A stretch of DNA of 64,000 nucleotides, from contig JAUXNX010000014.1 in the NCBI GenBank assembly GCA_030682575.1, positions 3,839-67,838 on the forward strand, given 5' to 3'. The stretch comes from Gammaproteobacteria bacterium. Its GTDB lineage: Bacteria; Pseudomonadota; Gammaproteobacteria; Pseudomonadales; Pseudohongiellaceae. Shown one piece after another: positions 40,939 to 49,620 of the stretch. Below the pieces are notes generated by a model that was not told the origin of the DNA, did no database searches, and was given only the letters and a program-made list of their open reading frames with translations. How positions within the stretch are numbered: position 1 is the stretch's first letter; the number at the start of each line of letters is the position of its first letter. The translations under genes and the position numbers were made by a program.

Positions 40939-41402
40939 AATTATGCTTCCGTATTGCGATTTGGTTGTCTTCAGAAAAAGCACTCTGAAATGTGAAAAAC
41001 CCATTTTTTTCAGAGTATTTCTTCCGTTTTTGAAATGTATCAGGTCTCCTTCAATTACAAATCCGTGCTCTTGTTCTGTTCCAGAATCTCTTCAAAAATT
41101 CGCCCGCCGCAGTTTCTCTTTGTGAACCAATCATGTTGTAACACCAACGCTTCCAGGATTCTGTAACTATTCCTGGTGTATCGTATTATCATGCCTGCGT
41201 TGAAAAACTTTTCAATCCCGCTTCAGCCTGAACCAGATCCGGCGTCGAAATCTTCAGTGTCTTCTGTTTCAGGTGCTAGCCATCGCAACATTCACTGACT
41301 GGCACATTGCCAGACCCTGTCACTGACCCGCGCAGCGACCCATGTTGTGATTCGAACTTCAAAACCCACCATCATCTGAACTGCAAGCTTAGGAGCAATA
41401 CC

Positions 41403-42257
41403 ATGGAACTGCGCAAAACTGTCGACTCAGACGCCCATATCAACCGTATCAAAAGTTTCCCGATGCCGATGAGTCCCGGGCTGTACAAAGTATTCGAGCA
41501 AAGCGAGGAACAGCAAAAACTCGCCGTGCTGAACAGAACCGTCAGAGAGAAACTCGGTGAAGATTATCAATTGAAGACGTATTGCGGAGAGGAAGTACTC
41601 GACATCAGTGAGGCGACCTTCGACGCTCTGGCAATCTGCTACAAGACCGTGTTCAACGAAAGCTGGGGAGAATCCTGGACAGAGAGCTCGGCGAAACAGG
41701 AAATCAAGGACAGCCTGCGCTGGGACCCGAACCGGATTCCCTTGCTTTCCCTGCTGTACAAGGGCGAAGACATCATCGGTTTCTGCTGGGTGCTGCTTCT
41801 GGACAGGCAGGCCCTGAGCATGGAGCGTGATATGCCCTGGGAGCTGTCAGATGCCGAGAAGGCAAACGGCATGGCCATTTCCGGCTACTGGATGGAAGAG
41901 GTGGTCAAGAAAGACAAGATCATGTTCATCAAGGAGCTGGGTGCCTTGAAGGAACATCGCCAGAAGGTGTCGCCGTTCCTGTCCATACCGCTTTTTGAGA
42001 GAGCTGTGAAGTTGGGCTATGATGTCGCCTTTTTGTGGACCAACGTCTACAGCAAAGCTTTCAAATGGGGGCTTGGCGTCGGATTCTCTCCGGTGCACTT
42101 CTTTATCACCAATAATCTGTTGCTCATGTACGGAAGCGTCAAGGGCTCGCTGGATACACTCAAGGCGGTAGTAGAAGCGTCATTCAGCAAACAGAGTCAG
42201 TACTTCATGATAAAGAACATCAACAAGTACCTGCTCAAAGGCGAAACAAGGAATTGA
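41403..42257 (+). CDS. Atypical GNAT-fold acyltransferase-like protein (unclassified)
   Basis: ORF 41307..42257. The credible start is ATG 41403, 7 nt after aggag. The product is 284 aa. GNAT-like elements are FNESWGESWTESSAKQEI, IIGFCWVLLLD and IMFIKELGALKEHRQKVSPFLSIPLFERAVKLGYDVAFLWT. The canonical Q/R-x-x-G-x-G/A loop is not obvious. Confidence 0.45.
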   Translation: MELRKTVDSDAHINRIKSFPMPMSPGLYKVFEQSEEQQKLAVLNRTVREKLGEDYQLKTYCGEEVLDISEATFDALAICYKTVFNESWGESWTESSAKQEIKDSLRWDPNRIPLLSLLYKGEDIIGFCWVLLLDRQALSMERDMPWELSDAEKANGMAISGYWMEEVVKKDKIMFIKELGALKEHRQKVSPFLSIPLFERAVKLGYDVAFLWTNVYSKAFKWGLGVGFSPVHFFITNNLLLMYGSVKGSLDTLKAVVEASFSKQSQYFMIKNINKYLLKGETRN

Positions 42258-42267
42258 TCCATAGCGT

Positions 42268-44364
42268 ATGAACTACATTTTCGTGCCCAATGCCATCGTG
42301 CTGATCCTGCTGGGCCTGTATACATGGCGGCAGAATCCCGGACGGCTGTCACAGTGGTACCTGGTGACAAACGTAGCAGTGGCAATATGGGCACTGTGTT
42401 TTCTTGCGTTGCATGAACTCCAGGCCGTGATACCGATCAACCCGGTATCACAGGTGCAGCTTGTCACAGCGCTGGTATTTGCCAACGGTTTTTACTACAC
42501 GAGCGTGCTCTACCCGAATCCGGAGAGCATGCCTGGCAGGATCATCAATGCCATCAACGCATTGGTCATGCTGACGTTCACGGTTCTAGTGCTGTTCACC
42601 GACTATGTCTCACGGGCAGTCCTTGAAGAAGGTGTGGTGGTATTCGTCGACGGTGCCGGGTATCTATTCTACTCACTCTATCTGGTGCTGCTGGGAACAC
42701 TGACCATCGTGAACCTTGTGCGCAGCTATCGGCGCTATCCTGAATACAGGATACGAGTCGCCTATATGCTCACCGGACTCGGATTGTTCATCCTGATGGC
42801 AATCATCTTCGACCTGGTGCTGGTACTCATGGGTAATTATGAATTGCTGGTGGTAGGTCATCTGGGTTCGGTATTTCCTTCGTTGTTCTTCGCGTATGCG
42901 ATTACAAAGCACGATCTGCTCGATATCAAACTCGTGGTACAGCGCAATACTGCCAAGATCATTGTCGCATTGCTGGTGGTGACCACACTGGTTCTCGCCT
43001 TCGAGTTATCCTTGATAAGTCGACCATGGAGTCTGCTGTTCATCTGCTTGACGGGTGTGTTCTGGGCATTTGTAGCAGGACCACTTGAGGTCAAGCTCGT
43101 GACAACAGCCAGACGCAAGTTTGTGCGCAACTGGTACGATCCAGAAGGAATTCTGAATCGCCTCGCCGGCAAGCTGGAGCTTGAGAAGAATCGCCGTGAC
43201 ATCTTCCGGAAGCTTATTGAGGAGCTTGATGACACTTTCGAGCTTGAACGTGCTCACTCCATCGTGGCGGTGCGTGGAGATGACGACCGCCTCATATGCT
43301 ATGAGTTGCTTGGTGGTGCAGAGCACAATCTGCAGAGCGAGCTTTCGGTGGACGATGAGTTCATGGAGGAGTGCAGGAACAGAACGGGGCCGACTGAATT
43401 GACCACGTTCAGTGCAGGCACTTTGCAGCGATTTGCAGCACTGGGTCATACTGATCCGGAGAAATCCCTGGTAGTCCCGTTCTTCTCCCCCGAGATACTT
43501 GAAGGCGTCCTGGTGCTGGGCGAGCGCAGCAATCAGGATGCGTTCAGCCAGAAAGATCGGCAGTTTCTGATGCGTCTCGTCAGCTACGTGTCGGCGATTC
43601 TTTATCGCCTGACTCCTTTCGAGAAACTCGAAAAACTCTACTTTGAAAACCAGAGACGCCTGCACGAAGCAGAAATACAACTGGTGCGTGGCGAAAAGAC
43701 CCGGGCGATCGCTCATGCGACCCGTCAGGCCCATCACGAAATCAGAACGCCGCTGAACATCATTCGTCTCGGAGCAAGACGCATCAAGGACATGGAGTCT
43801 GCGGAAAAGTACAAGGAGATCATCGAGGCGCAGATCGAGAGGGCCATGGAAATTGTGGAGGAAACCCTGGCGATCACCGATGCGGAGGGCGGAGAGGAAG
43901 ATCGGTATCAGTCTGTCGATATCAATCAGGTTGTGACCCGATGTCTGCGGCTGCTGCCAGAGTCCATGCATGAAAGGGTGCTGGTGCTCCAGGAAGATCT
44001 GCACGTCGTACAGGGAATCCCCAGTGAAATGCAGGTGCTGTTTTCCAATCTGTTGAAGAATGCGGTGGAAGCGATGCCTGAGCGCGGTACCCTCACTGTC
44101 CGTACTTTCGAGGAAAGAGGAGAGATCGTGGTTACCATCGGCGATACCGGCAATGGCATTGCTCCGGAGTTGCGGGAAAAGATCTGGGAGCCCTACTTCA
44201 GTGGCAAGGTGACAGCAGCAGGCAATATGACTGCGGGCAGAGGCTGGGGGCTCACGATATGCAACAGGATCGTGACAGAGCACAAGGGAACGATTCAATT
44301 CACGAGCGATACGGGTAAGGGGACGACGTTCACTGTGCGGCTGCCTTACCAGCTACTTGCGTAA
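42268..44364 (+). CDS. Polytopic (7TM-type) GAF-like sensor histidine kinase
   Basis: 698 aa with the ATG 10 nt after the GNAT-like stop. The first ~270 aa form 7-9 hydrophobic helices with short loops (HisKA_7TM-like). A GAF-like middle follows. The H-box is AHHEIRTPLN, the N-box LLKNAVEA, G1 GDTGNGI and G2 GRGWGL. Confidence 0.8.
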   Translation: MNYIFVPNAIVLILLGLYTWRQNPGRLSQWYLVTNVAVAIWALCFLALHELQAVIPINPVSQVQLVTALVFANGFYYTSVLYPNPESMPGRIINAINALVMLTFTVLVLFTDYVSRAVLEEGVVVFVDGAGYLFYSLYLVLLGTLTIVNLVRSYRRYPEYRIRVAYMLTGLGLFILMAIIFDLVLVLMGNYELLVVGHLGSVFPSLFFAYAITKHDLLDIKLVVQRNTAKIIVALLVVTTLVLAFELSLISRPWSLLFICLTGVFWAFVAGPLEVKLVTTARRKFVRNWYDPEGILNRLAGKLELEKNRRDIFRKLIEELDDTFELERAHSIVAVRGDDDRLICYELLGGAEHNLQSELSVDDEFMEECRNRTGPTELTTFSAGTLQRFAALGHTDPEKSLVVPFFSPEILEGVLVLGERSNQDAFSQKDRQFLMRLVSYVSAILYRLTPFEKLEKLYFENQRRLHEAEIQLVRGEKTRAIAHATRQAHHEIRTPLNIIRLGARRIKDMESAEKYKEIIEAQIERAMEIVEETLAITDAEGGEEDRYQSVDINQVVTRCLRLLPESMHERVLVLQEDLHVVQGIPSEMQVLFSNLLKNAVEAMPERGTLTVRTFEERGEIVVTIGDTGNGIAPELREKIWEPYFSGKVTAAGNMTAGRGWGLTICNRIVTEHKGTIQFTSDTGKGTTFTVRLPYQLLA

Positions 44365-44880
44365 TTCCTTGGCCCAGCGTGCTTCTCGCTCGATCAGGAT
44401 TTCCCGCAGTATTTCCGCTTCCTTGTGAATGACTATACGCTTGAGAATTGTCAGAAGCTCGTTCTCTTCAAAGGGTTTGACAATATATCCGGAGGCGAGC
44501 CCCAGTGTGGGATCCTTGGCCAGTTGCAACCGCTCCTTGTCGCTGTATGCGGAAAAAATCACGATAGGAATGTGACGCTTGAAGGGGCTGCGCCCTTCCT
44601 CACTACGCAGTCTCTTGATGAATACTTCACCATTCATTCTGGGCATCTGCCAGTCGAGCAGAATGCAGGCGACGCCGTTACTGAGGAAATTGAAGCCACG
44701 TTCATGCGTCTTCAGGATGGCAAATGCGTGCTCGCCATCATAGGCAGGAATCGCTTGATACAGCCCGGTTTCGTTGATGATTTCCACAACGAGATCCGAT
44801 TGATCTCTGTCATCTTCGACAACCAGTACCAATGGTTTGGGTTTCATGGTCACGATCTTGGCTGCAGAATATTCTGCCAT
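44353..44880 (-). CDS. Stand-alone CheY-like response regulator with short C-terminal helix
   Basis: 175 aa. If the start is ATG 44847 (MKPKPLVLVVEDD), it is 164 aa. The acceptor is ILLDWQMPRMNG, with FSAYS and IVKPF. Its 3' end overlaps the convergent kinase gene by 12 nt. Confidence 0.8.
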   Translation of the reverse strand: MAEYSAAKIVTMKPKPLVLVVEDDRDQSDLVVEIINETGLYQAIPAYDGEHAFAILKTHERGFNFLSNGVACILLDWQMPRMNGEVFIKRLRSEEGRSPFKRHIPIVIFSAYSDKERLQLAKDPTLGLASGYIVKPFEENELLTILKRIVIHKEAEILREILIEREARWAKELRK

Positions 44881-45272
44881 GCCCTCCAGGTTTTTCTGAA
44901 AACGAATACCGGCCCCTGAAAGATGCCTGTCAGCAATGCAAAGGGCAGCAGTACCAGAGTAATCAGTGTATTGGCAAGAATCACCAGAAAGGGGAAAGGC
45001 TCGCGCTTGTATTCTGTCTGTATCTGGCTGTTGGTCAATGCTACCAACTCAATCGGTTTCGACTTCATGCGATGAGTAAGAATGGCAGAAGTAAACTTGT
45101 TGTAGCTGCGTAATGGATAGCGCTTCCACTGTATGATCTGCAACCGATTGAGATCTATCCAGTTTTCATAAACAGCCAGAAGTTTGAAAAAAACGCCGCC
45201 AAGAACTCCGTAACATACGCTCCAGACGAGAATCAGAGGAAAGAGTACGATGGTCAGTAATCCGTTAAGCAT
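44850..45272 (-). CDS. Small integral membrane protein (hypothetical)
   Basis: The track ORF 44850..45278 begins at TTG; ATG 45272 is more likely. It has an N-terminal TM (LLTIVLFPLILVWSVCYGVLGGVFF) and a C-terminal hydrophobic hairpin (FPFLVILANTLITLVLLPFALLTGIF). It sits directly upstream of the CheY-like gene. Confidence 0.4.
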   Translation of the reverse strand: MLNGLLTIVLFPLILVWSVCYGVLGGVFFKLLAVYENWIDLNRLQIIQWKRYPLRSYNKFTSAILTHRMKSKPIELVALTNSQIQTEYKREPFPFLVILANTLITLVLLPFALLTGIFQGPVFVFRKTWRAWQNILQPRS

Positions 45273-45475
45273 AGTCAAACTCCATGTTTGCTCTTGCGTG
45301 GTACTGCACTTCGTAAATCCAGAATTTGTTTATCATCTCTGTGTTTCTGATTTTCCCTGACACTGTTATACACTAACGCCTGCCTGCCCTGATCTGCAAC
45401 CACTGTGATCGGGTAATTGGCGTTATTGTCCCGGTTTTCACCGAATGAACATCAACGCATCGCAGAGATTTGTGC

Positions 45476-47047
45476 ATGAAAACCAATACGCTCGTCAAAG
45501 GTCTTCTAGCGTTGGCGTATTCGGCGCTCTATGGCCTTATGACATGGCTGCTCACCGATAGTGTTAATGACCCGTTGTTCCAGGTTTTGTTTCATATCGC
45601 ATATATAGCATTCATCTGTCTGACCTACGATCTGTTCTACCCCTATATGCTGATGGGTTTCAAGTCATCGCGTGGCAATCTGCCGATAAATCGACTTGGC
45701 TCCTTTGTCGAGACCATTAATGCCATGCATGAGCACACCGATCTGGATTCGTTGCTGGGTTTTGCATCGAAGGCGCTGACAGATCTGCTGAGAGTTGAGA
45801 GCACCACGATCTTTGTGTGCGATATTCTTGCCGGAGTGCCCGATGCAGCGCAGAAGCAGATGATTCAGTGGCGCCCTGAAAGTCTGGTGAGAAGTGATGG
45901 TGTGGATGGTATCGGCAGCGATAGTGCGGAAACGCGTATTCTTGATGAGACCAGTGCTCTTCAACAATATGCTCGACAACACAGGGGAGTATTGCTGGCG
46001 GCACGAAGTCCCGACGTAGTTGCGCGGGAGATGCACGAGTACAATGCCGAACTTGTTGTATCCGCTCATAGCGAGCAGCGACTTCTGTGCCTGCTGCTTC
46101 CAGGACGACGACTTCCTCACAGCAATCACAATGACGATGAACTGCCCCTTTTGCAGTTCTTCAGCAGACAATTGAACATCGCTATTGATCGCATTGATGC
46201 GTTGCGTAAACAGCAGGTCAGAAAGGAGGCTGCCTACGCGGAGAAGATGGATCTGCTTGCCAGTCTTAGTGCGAATATTGCACATGAGATGCGTACGCCG
46301 TTATCGGGAGTGCGTGCAAGTATCAGTGGCGTGGAGTCCTATTTGCCTGATTTGCTGGAGGGATATCGCCATGCCAGCGCACTGGAACCAGCACGTTTTG
46401 TCCCCATTCGAACGGAGCATGTGGAGATGCTGGAGAACACGCCAGCCCGCATCAAGGCGATGGTGGACCAGGCCAATACGGTTATCGATCTGTTGCTGGT
46501 CAATCTGCGCAATCGCACACTGGACCGTTCAAGTTTCACTGAATGTTCAATGGCCATCTGTGTTGTCGAAGCAGTGCAGACCTATCCTTTCAAGCGCAAC
46601 GAGCGGCAGAAGGTGAGCCATGCAATCGAGCAGGATTTCGTGTTTCCCGGCGTTCCCGCGATGATGATCTATGTTCTGTTCAACCTTCTCAAGAATGCGC
46701 TCTACAGCGTGGAAGCCGCCTGCAAGGGAGGCATACACATTGCGTTGGAGAAAGACGCGAAAAGCAATAGAGTAGTCTTCACGGATACTGGTCTCGGAAT
46801 TGATGCTGATGCGATTCCGAGAATATTCGAAGGATTTTTTACTACCAAGAGTGAAGGCACCGGAGCTGGGCTGCCGTTCTGCAAGCGGACGCTGAACAGT
46901 TTTGGCGCGCAGATTCATGTCAGTTCGGTGAAAGGGGAATACACAACATTTACCCTGGAATTTCCGGTATCGGCAACATCATCTCTGAAAACTGTTGACG
47001 ATACAGTGTCTAGTGCAGAAATTTCTGCCCCCCAGCCGGTGCGCTGA
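45476..47047 (+). CDS. Intramembrane-type sensor histidine kinase (2 TM, GAF-like, HisKA-HATPase)
   Basis: The track start is TTG 45470; ATG 45476 is more likely. Two N-terminal TM helices are joined by a loop of about 7 aa. A GAF-like region follows. The H-box is ANIAHEMRTPLSGV and the N-box LLKNALYS. G1 is FTDTGLGID, followed by FTTKSEGTGAGLPFCKR. Confidence 0.8.
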   Translation: MKTNTLVKGLLALAYSALYGLMTWLLTDSVNDPLFQVLFHIAYIAFICLTYDLFYPYMLMGFKSSRGNLPINRLGSFVETINAMHEHTDLDSLLGFASKALTDLLRVESTTIFVCDILAGVPDAAQKQMIQWRPESLVRSDGVDGIGSDSAETRILDETSALQQYARQHRGVLLAARSPDVVAREMHEYNAELVVSAHSEQRLLCLLLPGRRLPHSNHNDDELPLLQFFSRQLNIAIDRIDALRKQQVRKEAAYAEKMDLLASLSANIAHEMRTPLSGVRASISGVESYLPDLLEGYRHASALEPARFVPIRTEHVEMLENTPARIKAMVDQANTVIDLLLVNLRNRTLDRSSFTECSMAICVVEAVQTYPFKRNERQKVSHAIEQDFVFPGVPAMMIYVLFNLLKNALYSVEAACKGGIHIALEKDAKSNRVVFTDTGLGIDADAIPRIFEGFFTTKSEGTGAGLPFCKRTLNSFGAQIHVSSVKGEYTTFTLEFPVSATSSLKTVDDTVSSAEISAPQPVR

Positions 47048-48062
47048 TGTGATCTCTATACGGAACGATGTCTTCGGGTCGATACTTGCGGAGCAGATTC
47101 TTTGCAACTTCAGCTGGTAGCAGCGCACAGTAGTAGGGGGCGCGATCCGAAATGCGCTCGGCAGGCACATAGTATTTTTTCCAGTTCGCAAGAATCCCAG
47201 CATCTATTTTCTCGTGATCATTGGTCACGTTGAACAGAGGCATCATGGCGCCTTTGTTCAATGCTTCGATCAGGTCCTGAGGCGCCTGTACCTCTACGCA
47301 TTGCTGATGATGGCTGCGTAGTCGGGATTCTGGCAGCACCAGCAATATGGAGACAGTCCCTTTTTCGTCCAGCAGGAAGAAGCCCGAATAGGGTTCGTCG
47401 ATGAGGTAATATTCAGCGACCTTGCGCTTCGCCAGAATCTCCCGGAAATAATTCACGAACTCCGGGTTGTTGATGAAACGACTCTGATTGTTGGCGATCA
47501 CAGGGTCCGTGATCAACTTGAATGTCCTGCTGAAATAATGCTGCTGCAGATTGGCAATGGAGCGGTTGAGTTTTGCTTCGAGATTCTGGTCTTTCTTGCT
47601 GATGTATTGATCGATCAGCCCATCATTGAAGGCCTGCACCGCCAAGTCGGTGTCTGCCTGACCAGTCAGCAGGATTTTCTTTACATAGGGATTGGTCAGG
47701 CTTATGCAGTACTCGAGGCCATTCATTTCCGGCATGGAATAATCCACTACGACAACGGTTGGCGTGGAGAACCGCGCGGGGTTATAGACTTCCTTGTAGA
47801 TCTCGTTGATGTCGATGTGGTTCAGCGTGTCAGAATCGAACGGGCCCGTTTTGTAGGACGAGTAGCAGCGTCGGATCATCTCGATATGCTGGTTTGAAGC
47901 GTTCACATGATCAAGCGCCTGGCTGGCAGACTGGAACAGCCGATAGCTGAGATTACGCCTCAGCAATAGACTGACGGCGTCGAGAAAGTCCGGATCGTCG
48001 TCTACCAGGACTACCTGCGTCGGGTAGTAGAACAGGTGACAGATCGGGAAGTTGATGTCCAT
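47010..48062 (-). CDS. Atypical response regulator, LqsR-like (receiver with insertion + uncharacterised C-terminal domain)
   Basis: 350 aa, with GGAG 8 nt upstream of the ATG. The acidic pocket is VLVDDDPDF. An insertion of about 45 aa precedes the acceptor strand TVVVVDYSMPEMNG (Asp107 by my count). LLTGQAD and YISKK follow. The ~170-aa C-terminal domain has no motif I recognise. Its 3' end overlaps the convergent kinase by 38 nt. Confidence 0.55.
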   Translation of the reverse strand: MDINFPICHLFYYPTQVVLVDDDPDFLDAVSLLLRRNLSYRLFQSASQALDHVNASNQHIEMIRRCYSSYKTGPFDSDTLNHIDINEIYKEVYNPARFSTPTVVVVDYSMPEMNGLEYCISLTNPYVKKILLTGQADTDLAVQAFNDGLIDQYISKKDQNLEAKLNRSIANLQQHYFSRTFKLITDPVIANNQSRFINNPEFVNYFREILAKRKVAEYYLIDEPYSGFFLLDEKGTVSILLVLPESRLRSHHQQCVEVQAPQDLIEALNKGAMMPLFNVTNDHEKIDAGILANWKKYYVPAERISDRAPYYCALLPAEVAKNLLRKYRPEDIVPYRDHISAPAGGQKFLH

Positions 48063-48201
48063 TACGAAGCTCCATGTGTTGAACCTGGGGCTACCTTTCC
48101 CAGCGGCCCTTTTAACAGTGACATTCGACAGTGGCTTTCAGCGGTTGCCTGCGACTGACGAAAGGATGTTACTGGTTAGCCTGTCATGTTGCAAAGTCTT
48201 G

Positions 48202-49620
48202 TCAGAACGTCATTTCCTGGGATAGCAGATGCTCGACCTGGCGGCTGAGCAGTGCCTTGTAATTGACCATGGGCTCATTTACCAGCCAGGTCTTGATGAA
48301 CTCACCGTTGCTGTCGTCCACTACTTCGTTGAATTCTTCCGTGATGAGACGAGTGTCCGCATCGGCCTGAATATAAACTGCTTCGCTGATGATCAGTGTG
48401 CCATCGGGACCCTCTGCGCAGATCTGCCGTGTCAACGCCAGATTCTCGCCTGCCACGGTGTAGCTCTGCTGTTCGAGCGACAGCAGCACCCCAGTCAGCA
48501 GCTCGCCGCAATGCAGCCCGGCCTTGAACTGCAGTGACGGCAGCGATTGTGCTTCAAGCTCGCGTCCCAGCGTATCGGCCAGTTCCAGGAAAAGCAGTGC
48601 TGCGCAAACCGCATGGAAACTGTGATCTTCATCAGTCTGTGCCGCGCCGAATGTAATGAGTATCTCGTCACCCGCGCACTTTTCGATATTGCCGTTGTAT
48701 AGCTGAGTCACCTTGTGAATGTAGAAGTAATAGGTGTTGAGAAGCTCTACGGTCTCCAGCGGTTCCTGTTCATGCAGAGCGGTGCGGTAGTTGCTGATGT
48801 TCAGATGCAGGATGCTGACGATGGTGCTGCCTGGTTTACGGTAGGCAGGGGGTGTCTGCACAGTGACCGGAACTTCCGGCTCTTCTCCAAAAATCACCTG
48901 ACGGTTCTCCGGATCTTCGAGTTCGTAGATCATGCGATTGTATTGACGAATCAGCATGCCCACTTCATCACCCCGGTCGCCATAGGGGCATGGTTCCGGC
49001 TCGCCTTTTCTCACGCTTTGCACGGAAGCGCTCAACATCCGCAATGGGAATGTTATGAAATACTGGGAGATTGCCAGAGTCACGCTCACGCCGGCAAGAA
49101 TCAGCAATGCCAGGGCTGCAAGCATGAAAATAAAATTACGTGTGACCCCTTGTTCGATATAACGCTGGTCAAGATGGATTCTGACATAACCGGCCAATGA
49201 GTCCTGCAATGCAATCGGTGCTACATAACTGCCGAACAGATCAGTGCTGGCAGTCGCAACGGATGCGCCCGAGATGGCAATCACCTGATCGTCAATACTC
49301 AGGATTGCCACCTGAGAGATTGCCGCTTCCCGGGTCAGTTGATTAAGCAAGACGTTCATGCTGATGAGGTCGTTGGCCAACACAAGTTCTGTGGCCAGAA
49401 TGGCCGTTTGCCTGGCAAGGGTATTGCCAAGACTGTCTGCCTGTTGCCGAAGAATGTTCTCGGTTGTCAAATTGGTAACCAACCAGAACACGCACATGGC
49501 CAGTATGACCAGCGCCGAGGTGCTGATGGCGAGTTTCTGTCCGATAGTCAGTTGAGAGGCATGCTGGGCGTAAAGCCTGGACTCGTAGTCCTGGTCTCGT
49601 GACAGGTTATCTATTGGCAA
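48202..49620 (-). CDS. Membrane-bound HAMP / class III nucleotidyl cyclase-domain protein
   Basis: 472 aa with a TTG start (no in-frame ATG before TM1). It has two TM helices flanking a periplasmic segment of about 110 aa. HAMP has GDEVGMLIRQYNRMI. The cyclase homology domain has EKCAGDEILITFG and KAGLHCGELLTG, and later YTVAGENLALTRQI. Where the canonical F.D(I/L).GFT motif should be, I read LHLNISNYR. Confidence 0.7.
   Translation of the reverse strand: MPIDNLSRDQDYESRLYAQHASQLTIGQKLAISTSALVILAMCVFWLVTNLTTENILRQQADSLGNTLARQTAILATELVLANDLISMNVLLNQLTREAAISQVAILSIDDQVIAISGASVATASTDLFGSYVAPIALQDSLAGYVRIHLDQRYIEQGVTRNFIFMLAALALLILAGVSVTLAISQYFITFPLRMLSASVQSVRKGEPEPCPYGDRGDEVGMLIRQYNRMIYELEDPENRQVIFGEEPEVPVTVQTPPAYRKPGSTIVSILHLNISNYRTALHEQEPLETVELLNTYYFYIHKVTQLYNGNIEKCAGDEILITFGAAQTDEDHSFHAVCAALLFLELADTLGRELEAQSLPSLQFKAGLHCGELLTGVLLSLEQQSYTVAGENLALTRQICAEGPDGTLIISEAVYIQADADTRLITEEFNEVVDDSNGEFIKTWLVNEPMVNYKALLSRQVEHLLSQEMTF

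Noticed and set aside
40943-41125. A 60-aa ORF in the AT-rich spacer after the TBDR gene.
   Set aside because: It has no RBS and a Cys/Phe/Ser-rich composition typical of random AT-rich translation. The region is better explained as promoter or leader DNA for the GNAT-like gene.
41300-41310. TGGCAC upstream of the GNAT-like gene as a possible sigma-54 -24 element.
   Set aside because: The following GC (attGC) is only 8 nt from the GG instead of the canonical spacing, with TTGC about 5 nt after TGGCAC. No enhancer-binding protein gene is adjacent.
43006-44298. A 430-aa ORF antisense to the 7TM-GAF kinase. It is noticeable because this region is less GC-rich.
   Set aside because: The sense frame carries complete H, N, G1 and G2 kinase boxes over the same interval. 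The antisense translation has no motif, no plausible RBS context that I could see, and would overlap the kinase completely.
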